Of a stretch of DNA of 32,000 bases, positions 8,708 through 16,876 are shown piece by piece. Below the pieces are notes generated by a model. It was not told where the DNA came from and searched no databases. It saw nothing but the letters and a program-made list of their open reading frames with translations. A program made the translations under genes and the position numbers. How positions within the stretch are numbered: position 1 is the first letter of the stretch; every line of letters starts with the position of its first letter. Origin of the DNA: Candidatus Hermodarchaeota archaeon (GTDB lineage Archaea; Asgardarchaeota; Heimdallarchaeia; Hodarchaeales; Hodarchaeaceae); assembly GCA_048886185.1 (NCBI GenBank), contig JBHLKY010000025.1:1-32000 (forward strand). Reading direction: 5' to 3'.

Positions 8708-11700
8708 ATGATACAAACACTAGGCTCCGTTGCAGTTATTGGTGGTGGAATTGCAGGAATCCAAGCGTCGTTAGATTTGGCTGATCAGGGTTTTCTTGTT
8801 TATTTAATAGAGAGTAATCCGTCTATCGGGGGTAGAATGGTTCAACTAGATAAAACATTTCCAACTCTTGATTGTGCAATGTGTATACTAGGCCCTAAAT
8901 TAGTAGACGTTCAACGTCATCCAAATATAAATCTTCTTTCTTATTGTGAGCCATTAAGTCTTTCTGGATCAGCAGGAAATTTCAGCTTAAAATATCTCAA
9001 AAAAGCCCGATATGTTGATGAAATTAAATGTACAGGATGTGGAGTATGCGAAGAAAAATGCCCTTATTGGGTTTATGATGATTTCAACGCAGGACTCACT
9101 AGAAAGGACAAGAAAGGTAGGGAAAGACCTGGACGGAAAACTATTTCCATTCCTTTCCCTCAAGCCGTTCCCAAAGTAGCTTATATCCACGCTGAAGCAT
9201 GTCGTTACATTCAAGATGGAAAATGTGGAGTTTGTCAAAAAAATTGCGGTCCTGAAGCCATTGACTATAACCAGAAAGACAAAGAACAGGAAATTAAAAT
9301 TGGTGCTGTCATTGTAACCACAGGTTTTGATCCTTTTGCTGCTGAAGAAATAAGTAGTCTTCATTTTCGAGAGTTCCCAAATGTTGTGACCACTTTACAG
9401 TTTGAAAGACTTCTTAACGCATCAGGACCAACAGAAGGAGAAGTTATTCGACCTTCAGACCAAAAGCATCCCAAAAAGATTGCTTTTCTACAGTGTGTTG
9501 GTTCACGGAATCCAGCTATTAACAAGGATTACTGTTCTGCTGCATGTTGTATGTATGCGATTAAGGAGGCGATAATGGCTAAGGAACATGACCCAACAGT
9601 GGAAGCTTATGTGTTTTATATGGATATCAGAGCATTCGGAAAAGGATTCGAAGAATTTTACCAGAGAGCCATTAAGGAGTTTGATATTCATTTCATAAAA
9701 TCACGCATTAGTGAGCTACGAGAAAATCCTGAAAATCACAACTTAATCATAAAGTATGAGGATTTCAAGGGAACTCCAACAGTTACCCCTGAGGAGATGG
9801 ATATGGTTGTCCTCTCCACTGGCATTGATCCTTCTTCACATAAAGACTTCCTCACGAATTGCCTTAATCTTTCTCTAGATCAATATGGTTTTGTAAAAAC
9901 AGATCCAATTAAACCATTGGAAACTAACCAACCTGGTGTCTTTGTCTGCGGTGTTGCTGCTGGGCCTAAAGATATTCCCGATACTGTTGCTCAAGCAAGT
10001 GGAGCCGCTGCTAAAGCTTCTATTTTACTAAAAAATGTGAGAGGTACACAAATTGAAGAAATCAAGCTCCCTCAAGAAATAAAAGTTGATCCAAGTGATG
10101 ATCCTCGGATTGGTATACTAATCTGTCATTGTGGTCATAACATAGCATCTGTTATTGATTGTAAAGGGGTGGCAGAATATGCTAAGACATTCCCCAATGT
10201 TGTGTTTTCAACTGATCAGTTATATGCTTGTGCAGCAGACACTCAAGATGTAATAAAAGAGGCGATAAAGGAACATAAATTAAACAGAGTAATTGTAGCA
10301 TCTTGTACCCCACGTACACACGAACCATTATTCAGAAGTACACTTCAAGAAGCAGGACTTAATGAATTTCTTTTCGAATTAGTAAATCTGAGAGAACATG
10401 TGTCCTGGGTACATCCTCATGAGCAGGAAAAAGCAAATCTAAAGGCAAAAGATTTAATTCGTGGAGCAATTGCTCGAACTTGTCGTCTTGAACCTTTATT
10501 GAAAGAAAGAATTCCCATCATTCAGAAAGCTCTAGTGATTGGTGGGGGTTGTGCAGGGATGACTAGCGCATTAGATATAGCCAGAGCTGGTTATCCTGTT
10601 TATTTAATTGAAAAAGAAGATCAGCTTGGGGGAGAGCTTTTAAAGATACCAGAGTTACACAATGGTCTAAAAGGAAGAGAAATTGTTCAGGAGCTGGAAA
10701 AGCAAATAAGAAGCCAGAAGAATATTACAGTCTTTACTAGTAGCCAACTTGAAGATCTCAGTGGTTCAGTGGGAAACTTTAAGGGGACTGTTAATGGACA
10801 ACAAATCGAGTTCGGAGGAGTAGTACTCGCTACAGGAGCGGAACCTTTCATTCCCACAGGATATTATGATTATGGATTAAATCCAAATATCATCACTCAA
10901 AGGGAGTTTGATGAACGGTTTGAAGAGTTGGATCCTCACACAGTTCTTATGATTCAATGTGTTGGTTCTCGTGAAAATGAACCTCCACGGACCTATTGTT
11001 CAAGGATTTGTTGCACAAGCGCTATAAAAAATAGTATCCTCATCAAAGAACGTAACCCTAATGCAAATGTATTCATTCTCTACAAAGATATACGAACTTA
11101 TGGGGATTTAGAGGAATTATATCTTAAATCAAGACAACTTGGTACAATTTACATTCGCTACACAGATGATCAAAAACCTAATATTCTGCCTGATGGCATT
11201 GTAGAAATTTTCGATGAAATGTTAGATGGAACTCTGAGAATACGTCCAGATTTAATCATCCTTAGTGTTCCACTAGTTCCCAAGCCCAACGAAAGTTTGA
11301 GTCAGATGTTTAAGGTTCCTCGAGGAGCTGACAATTTTTTCCTTGAGGCACACGTGAAATTACGTCCAATAGATTTCGCTACTGATGGTATATTTCTCGC
11401 TGGGACTGGTCATTATCCTAAATTTACCTCTGAAAGCATATTTCAGGGCAGTGGAGCAGCTGTTCGGGTAATGGCCTTACTTGCACCAGGATATTTACTA
11501 TCAGAAGGAGCGATTGCTAAAGTAGACCAATCAGTTTGCAGAGGATGTGGTAGATGCGAAGAAATATGTCCATATAAAGCGATTGAGTTAGAAGAGAAGA
11601 CAATTGAATTAGAAACTGTGACTATCCAAACAATTAAGGCTTTTGTTAATCCTGCAGTCTGTAAAGGGTGTGGTAGTTGCGTAGTAACCTGTCCTGTAAG

Positions 11701-11812
11701 CGCTATAACCATTAAACATTTTCCCAATAAGACTATAGAAACCCAAGTTGAATCTATTCTTCTCAAAGCAGAACAGCTAGATACAGATCAACCCACTATA
11801 GAGGTACCTTAA
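8708..11812 (+). CDS. hdrA: Tandem double-FAD HdrA (HdrL-type) flavoprotein/polyferredoxin
   Basis: Two GGGxAG Rossmann modules; TFPTLDCAMC; inserted ferredoxin CTGCGVC; CVGSR..CSAACC; CHCG/ASCTPRTHE; second CVGSR..CSRICC; C-terminal 2x[4Fe-4S]. Confidence 0.93.
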   Translation: MIQTLGSVAVIGGGIAGIQASLDLADQGFLVYLIESNPSIGGRMVQLDKTFPTLDCAMCILGPKLVDVQRHPNINLLSYCEPLSLSGSAGNFSLKYLKKARYVDEIKCTGCGVCEEKCPYWVYDDFNAGLTRKDKKGRERPGRKTISIPFPQAVPKVAYIHAEACRYIQDGKCGVCQKNCGPEAIDYNQKDKEQEIKIGAVIVTTGFDPFAAEEISSLHFREFPNVVTTLQFERLLNASGPTEGEVIRPSDQKHPKKIAFLQCVGSRNPAINKDYCSAACCMYAIKEAIMAKEHDPTVEAYVFYMDIRAFGKGFEEFYQRAIKEFDIHFIKSRISELRENPENHNLIIKYEDFKGTPTVTPEEMDMVVLSTGIDPSSHKDFLTNCLNLSLDQYGFVKTDPIKPLETNQPGVFVCGVAAGPKDIPDTVAQASGAAAKASILLKNVRGTQIEEIKLPQEIKVDPSDDPRIGILICHCGHNIASVIDCKGVAEYAKTFPNVVFSTDQLYACAADTQDVIKEAIKEHKLNRVIVASCTPRTHEPLFRSTLQEAGLNEFLFELVNLREHVSWVHPHEQEKANLKAKDLIRGAIARTCRLEPLLKERIPIIQKALVIGGGCAGMTSALDIARAGYPVYLIEKEDQLGGELLKIPELHNGLKGREIVQELEKQIRSQKNITVFTSSQLEDLSGSVGNFKGTVNGQQIEFGGVVLATGAEPFIPTGYYDYGLNPNIITQREFDERFEELDPHTVLMIQCVGSRENEPPRTYCSRICCTSAIKNSILIKERNPNANVFILYKDIRTYGDLEELYLKSRQLGTIYIRYTDDQKPNILPDGIVEIFDEMLDGTLRIRPDLIILSVPLVPKPNESLSQMFKVPRGADNFFLEAHVKLRPIDFATDGIFLAGTGHYPKFTSESIFQGSGAAVRVMALLAPGYLLSEGAIAKVDQSVCRGCGRCEEICPYKAIELEEKTIELETVTIQTIKAFVNPAVCKGCGSCVVTCPVSAITIKHFPNKTIETQVESILLKAEQLDTDQPTIEVP

Positions 11813-11829
11813 ACTAAGGAGACATCAAA

Positions 11830-12282
11830 ATGAGTCAAGCAAAACCAAAACCAAAATCAATAACCAGTATTTTTGAACCCACAATTGTTGTATTCGCTTG
11901 TAACTGGTGTAGTTATGCTGGCGCAGATTTAGCTGGTGTATCACGGCTTAAGTATCCAAGTAATGTCCGAATTGTACGTGTAATGTGTTCAGGTCGCGTT
12001 GATCCTGCATTCATACTTAAAGCCTTTATTAAAGGAGCTGATGGTGTCATGGTTGCAGGATGCCATCCTGGTGATTGTCATTATTTAGAGGGGAACATGC
12101 GGGCTGAAGAACGTATTAATAATACCATTCAAGCCCTAAAATCAATTGGATGGGATGCTAATCGACTACGCCTCGAATGGATTTCCGCATCCGAAGGTAA
12201 AAGATTTGCTCAGCTGATGACAGAATTCACTCATCAGATAAAAGAACTGGGGCCAATTAAAATTATAAGTAATTATAGGTGA
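11830..12282 (+). CDS. mvhD: MvhD / hydrogenase delta subunit ([2Fe-2S] adaptor)
   Basis: FACNWCSYAGADLAG...MCSGR...GCHPGDCHY...WISASEG. Confidence 0.95.
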   Translation: MSQAKPKPKSITSIFEPTIVVFACNWCSYAGADLAGVSRLKYPSNVRIVRVMCSGRVDPAFILKAFIKGADGVMVAGCHPGDCHYLEGNMRAEERINNTIQALKSIGWDANRLRLEWISASEGKRFAQLMTEFTHQIKELGPIKIISNYR

Positions 12283-12288
12283 AAAAAT

Positions 12289-13314
12289 GTGTCAAAGAAT
12301 GTTTTAGTCATCGGTGGCGGCTTAAGTGGGATTAAAGCAGCCTTAAATCTTGGTCAGCTGGGTATTGAAACGATTCTTGTCGAACGTGCAGAAAAATTAG
12401 GTGGAAATTTCCAAAAATTAGGTTCAACTTTTCCTTATGCTATTGATGCACGAACTTACCTTAATAAATACCTCCAAAGACTTCAATCTCTTCAAAATGT
12501 CAAGATATACACAAACTCTCAAGTTAAGTCTGTTACGAAAAGAGAGGATATTTTTGAAGTTACTTTGAGAGCTGATAGGGCTTCTTTCAAAGTAGGGGCC
12601 ATTATTGTAGCAATAGGTTACACTCCATTTAATGGTTCTAGAATACCAAACTATGGCCTTGGGAAATATCAAAATGTTATAGATTCGTTCGAGCTAATAA
12701 AAATGATTAGAGATGGCCAAAATCTCACACGGCCTTCGGATAAAACTCCTCTAAGAACAGCCACTTTTATTACATGCGTTGGCTCTAGGGATAAGAAAAC
12801 AAACGAATATTGTTCATCATTTTGTTGTACCTATACTGTTCATCTTGCTAAACTCATTAAAGAAATAGACAAGAAAATAGATGTAACAATTATGTATATG
12901 GACATGAGGACATTCTCGAGTTACGAAAGTCTTTATCAGGATGCTAGGGTATTAGGAGTGAAATTTCTTAGAGGAAAACCCTCCATGGTTTATGAAGATC
13001 CAAACACTCAAATTATCATAGTTCAAGTAGAAAACACCATTACTCAAGAATTTGTACTTCATCAAACAGATCTACTTGTACTTTCAATAGGAGCTGAACC
13101 AAGCGAAGGAAGCGATGAGTTAGGAAAGATTCTGGGGCTATTGAAAGATGATAGAACAGGATTCTTCATCGTTTCAAGTGAAGATGATGTATCTGCTAAA
13201 GGACAACAAAGAATTTTTATAGCTGGAAACGCTAGCGGACCAAAAGATACACAATACTCGCTAGCTCAGGCAAGTGCCGCTGCAATGAAAGCATTCATTA
13301 CCGTTAATGAATAA
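12289..13314 (+). CDS. hdrA: Second short HdrA-like protein (core domain only)
   Basis: VIGGGLSG, TCVGSRD...YCSSFCC, YMDMRTF, FLRGKPS and FIAGNASGPKD. GTG start with aggtga RBS. Confidence 0.85.
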   Translation: MSKNVLVIGGGLSGIKAALNLGQLGIETILVERAEKLGGNFQKLGSTFPYAIDARTYLNKYLQRLQSLQNVKIYTNSQVKSVTKREDIFEVTLRADRASFKVGAIIVAIGYTPFNGSRIPNYGLGKYQNVIDSFELIKMIRDGQNLTRPSDKTPLRTATFITCVGSRDKKTNEYCSSFCCTYTVHLAKLIKEIDKKIDVTIMYMDMRTFSSYESLYQDARVLGVKFLRGKPSMVYEDPNTQIIIVQVENTITQEFVLHQTDLLVLSIGAEPSEGSDELGKILGLLKDDRTGFFIVSSEDDVSAKGQQRIFIAGNASGPKDTQYSLAQASAAAMKAFITVNE

Positions 13315-13587
13315 ATTTCTCTCTTTTAGATAATAACCTGTTTATTTATAGCAATCTTTCTGTGTTTTTTGTCGATCTTTTCCATCTTCTCGGATTCTTT
13401 GAAGTAATACATTTTATGCTATAGATCCAATAATCTTCATAAAACAAGTGATTTTCCCTTGAAATAGCATATTCAACTGTGTTTCATTCAATAAAAATTA
13501 AAGCATTTTTCAATTTTAAATATAATAAAACCTAAAAAAAATGGAAAATTTTTTAAAACATAACCTTATTGTATCTTAGGGATTATT

Positions 13588-14007
13588 ATGAACCAATTAA
13601 TAGCAGAATTGAACCTTGGAAATAAGGAAATTGATAAAACTAAAGCCGAATTAGAAGAGATGCTTTCTAGATTTGGTTGGAAATGGGCCGTACTCGCCTC
13701 AACCATTGGTAAAATATATCAAAAAGGCGACTCTGTTCCAAAAAATATGATTAATCATCTTAGAATGACTCGAACCCAAATTGAGAGTGGATGCTACTCT
13801 GTTTGTGACATTGCTAACGAACTTAGAAAGATTGAGACATACTTATTCTCAAAACTTCTAAAATTCGGTCCACAAGAAACGGATAATTTTTTGGAACTCA
13901 TAGGTAAAGCTGTTGGAGGTAAAATTAGCAGAAATGATATTGATATTAATGGTGCGGAGCCTATCTTAGCAGATTGTTTAACTCTTCCATGTGTATGCAG
14001 AGGATAG
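13588..14007 (+). CDS. Hypothetical protein, DUF2096-like N-terminal pattern, Cys-rich
   Basis: 139 aa ORF. WAVL..TIGKIYQKGDSVP...HLRMTRTQI resembles the archaeal DUF2096 pattern as recalled from memory (not searched). Carries GCYSVC and a C-terminal DCLTLPCVC. Confidence 0.7.
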   Translation: MNQLIAELNLGNKEIDKTKAELEEMLSRFGWKWAVLASTIGKIYQKGDSVPKNMINHLRMTRTQIESGCYSVCDIANELRKIETYLFSKLLKFGPQETDNFLELIGKAVGGKISRNDIDINGAEPILADCLTLPCVCRG

Positions 14008-14293
14008 CCATAATATTATGTTGAAAATGTTAAGTTTTACTAATATCGGGCTTTATTATTATCCAAAGACAGGAATGACTTTGAGTGGGATAATGAGCTC
14101 AAGAAGTTCTTAAAAGAATGGTTTTCAGGCCTTATGGAAGGAATAGAAAAGAATGCTGAGGCATGGTCCAATGTACTGGAAATGACTGTTCAATCGATTA
14201 TGTCCGCAGTATTGTACAATTGTCTAAGGGCAATTCTCCAAGGATTTAACTCATCATCTTTCAAGTCTTATCCTGATTCCATCATTTTTTATG

Positions 14294-15061
14294 TTATGAG
14301 AAAATTGAGTTTATTTTTTCTAAAATTGACTCTAATGCTAACATCCATGTTTTTTGATTATAATAGGATAGTTGATATCTCCATCCTGCAATATTTGATT
14401 CTTCCCATTTAGTTTGTAATGAGCTTACTAAACATGAGGGAATACTATAGATTGAAAAAAACGGTTTTTTTAAATTCAGTGGTAATTTGAAGAGTTTTCT
14501 TATTTTTTTAAGAGCTTTTTTAATATTCACTATCTCAGAGACTTGAAGATACCATTCAGGTGTAATACAATCGTCTAAGGGCCCCTCAAACCAATCCAAT
14601 TGAAGTACTCTCGTTTTTTGGGACGCCCAGGTTAATAGAACTGTTACATATTGCTGTTCTCTTCCATCAGAATTATAACCGGTAATATTGATCCCAAGAG
14701 CAATACAAGGAATGTCTTCAGGGATTAATGATTTTTCCCATTGTTCAATAATTGATTTCAGACATTCTGTATCTGCTTTCTTATCATTTTCATAATTGGG
14801 GAGACAAATGATTCTTCGAGGAACCCATCTAGGATTATCATCAACCAAAACTTGGGAAAAATTTCTACGACCAGACATATGAAATTTTTTATTGGATTTG
14901 GGTACTTCAAGGAATATTGGGTGGAAATCATTGACTGGAAACTGACCAGAAATTGTACCAACAATACTCAAATCATTTGAGACAGTTACTGAATTAAAGT
15001 CTATAAGGTTTCTTAGATTTCCCCAAATAAGAGAATTTTCAATAGCTGAAAGATTAACCAA
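14294..15061 (-). CDS. Hypothetical protein (255 aa), no family recognised
   Basis: Long ORF in AT-rich DNA. TTG start preceded by aggt, 44 nt downstream of hdrB on the same strand. Confidence 0.75.
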   Translation of the reverse strand: MVNLSAIENSLIWGNLRNLIDFNSVTVSNDLSIVGTISGQFPVNDFHPIFLEVPKSNKKFHMSGRRNFSQVLVDDNPRWVPRRIICLPNYENDKKADTECLKSIIEQWEKSLIPEDIPCIALGINITGYNSDGREQQYVTVLLTWASQKTRVLQLDWFEGPLDDCITPEWYLQVSEIVNIKKALKKIRKLFKLPLNLKKPFFSIYSIPSCLVSSLQTKWEESNIAGWRYQLSYYNQKTWMLALESILEKINSIFS

Positions 15062-15105
15062 AAAATCTACCTTTAAATTTATTTTTTTTATTATAGTTAT
15101 GTTTT

Positions 15106-15987
15106 CTAGGGAAATGGAAGCTTAATATGATGTTGTTTAAACTCATCTGATAAATTATAGTCTAAAGCAAAGGCAAGCAGCTCAGTATAGTAAACTATGG
15201 GAATACCCTTTCCATTCTTACCGTAGTATTCTCCAGCATCTTTTCTGACAAGGAATTGACCGCTTTCATATTGTCTGAAACAGGTAGGACAAGCAACAAC
15301 CATAGCATCTGCTCCTGTTTTATTAACTTCAACAATTTTTTCCCGAATGATCTCAAGGGAGGTATTATAGTCTGTAATATATGACCCAGCGCCACAACAC
15401 ATTCCACTTTTTAAATACGTAACAGTTGTACCATCAAGAACCTGAACTAACTCATGTAAAATGATAGGATGTTCAGAATTGTCAGTCCGCAGAATTCCAG
15501 ATGGACGAAGAAGATGACATCCATAATGAATAGCAAATCGAAAATTGTTTAATGGTCTAAGAACTCTCTTTGAAATCGTATCGCGTAGTTCATGCAATAC
15601 CTGGATAATGTGACGCACTTTAATTATTCCTCTGTACTCTTTCCCCATTTCTGCAAGGAGTTTATTGATTCTAATCCTTAATTCTTCATTATTTTGAAGT
15701 TCAAAATTCACAACCTTAAGGGTCTCATAACAACCGTTACATAATGTTAGAATATCGAGATTTTCTTCTTCAGCAAGACAGAGATTCCTTGCAGCAAGAA
15801 GAAACCATGTATCTTTGTGAAAGGATTGGGAACCATTTGGATCAGGACAACATCCAAAGGGTAGATCTTTAATTTTGATGTTAAGTGCATTTAAGACTTT
15901 TCTAGATGCACTCTCAATAAAGGGATATCGTAGTGGTATCGTGCATCCTAGAAATAAAGCAAAGTCCTTACTATGGGATTCACTCAA
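15106..15987 (-). CDS. hdrB: Heterodisulfide reductase subunit B (methanogen-type)
   Basis: LFLGCTIPLRYP...GCCPDP...LCNGC and HYGCHLLRPS...CCGAG...ACPTC. TTG start with ggagga RBS. Confidence 0.92.
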   Translation of the reverse strand: MSESHSKDFALFLGCTIPLRYPFIESASRKVLNALNIKIKDLPFGCCPDPNGSQSFHKDTWFLLAARNLCLAEEENLDILTLCNGCYETLKVVNFELQNNEELRIRINKLLAEMGKEYRGIIKVRHIIQVLHELRDTISKRVLRPLNNFRFAIHYGCHLLRPSGILRTDNSEHPIILHELVQVLDGTTVTYLKSGMCCGAGSYITDYNTSLEIIREKIVEVNKTGADAMVVACPTCFRQYESGQFLVRKDAGEYYGKNGKGIPIVYYTELLAFALDYNLSDEFKQHHIKLPFP

Positions 15988-15999
15988 AGAAACATCCTC

Positions 16000-16503
16000 C
16001 TATGAAGGTCTACTGGTTTCCTCCTTCCTCGTGTTTAATTTTAGTAAATCATTAAACCCTGAAAGATTCATAATCTTCTGAGTTTCTGAAAGATCAGGAA
16101 ATTGCACTTCGGGTAGCTTTAATTTCTTTCTTCGATTTAAGATCGTTTTTGATGGTTCTTGTGTTAATCCTGTTAAATAGAGAGTTTTCATTTCATCTAA
16201 AATTCCAATAGGAGTAATACCCTTTCTTACAGAAAGATTTTTCAATTCAACCAATAAATGCGCTAAATCTACTCCCAGTGGACAACGTTGGGTACAAGTT
16301 AAACAGAAACTACAGCTCCAGACAAATGAAGATGTTAGAATTTCTTCCAATTGACCCAAGATAAGCTTTTCAATAATTAATCTAGGATTCATTTCAGAAC
16401 TGTAACGGAAAACAGGGCAACCTCCAGCGCATGTACTACATTGATAACAAACTCTGGCAGGGGAGAGAATGTGCTTCAAAACATTTTTTGTATACTCAGA
16501 CAA
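16000..16503 (-). CDS. hdrC: Heterodisulfide reductase subunit C
   Basis: CYQCSTCAGGCP, MNPRLII and WSCSFCLTCTQRCPLGV. TTG start with ggag RBS. Confidence 0.92.
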   Translation of the reverse strand: MSEYTKNVLKHILSPARVCYQCSTCAGGCPVFRYSSEMNPRLIIEKLILGQLEEILTSSFVWSCSFCLTCTQRCPLGVDLAHLLVELKNLSVRKGITPIGILDEMKTLYLTGLTQEPSKTILNRRKKLKLPEVQFPDLSETQKIMNLSGFNDLLKLNTRKEETSRPS

Positions 16504-16588
16504 TTAACCTAACTCCATAATTATAACTATTCAATCGAAATTTTGAACATAGAATATTTTTCTCGTTGATTTGTAACTATTTATTCAC

Positions 16589-16843
16589 TCAACAACTTTT
16601 CTTAGTAATATTTTTCCGAATGAATTCAATTGAAACCTTGGTCGAAGTCTTAATAATACTAGCATCATCTGCTCTCTCAATAACTTCAGGTTCCTTTTCA
16701 CCTCAAATAATTAAAGTATTACAATTCTCTTTTGTTCCTACAGAACCCTCACTAATATCTGTTAATTCTACTGTAAAGTTTACACTGAATTTGTAAGCTT
16801 CTGGAACAGGATAATTTAATTCTCTGAAAGGATATCTAAACAT
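16589..16843 (-). pseudogene. 84-codon ORF interrupted by an in-frame TGA (nonsense mutation, sequencing error or recoding)
   Basis: ATG at 16843, 33 nt after the gltB stop: MFRYPFRELNYPVPEAYKFSVNFTVELTDISEGSVGTKENCNTLII*GEKEPEVIERADDASIIKTSTKVSIEFIRKNITKKSC*. Internal TGA at 16705-16703. Not in the supplied ORF track. Confidence 0.35.
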
Positions 16844-16876
16844 TAGTAATTAACCTAGTTTCTTACTGACACACTC

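Noticed and set aside
14044-14412. Plus-strand open frame (…DFEWDNELKKFLKEWFSGLMEGIEKNAEAW…), track ORF 14134-14412
   Set aside because: It has no good start or RBS for the protein-like part, and it overlaps the 255 aa minus-strand gene by 119 nt. Treated as a probable shadow frame, though a relic cannot be excluded.
16566-16796. 76 aa plus-strand ORF in the gltB-hdrC gap
   Set aside because: It lies antisense within a minus-strand operon and has no RBS. The minus-strand TGA-interrupted ORF explains the region better.
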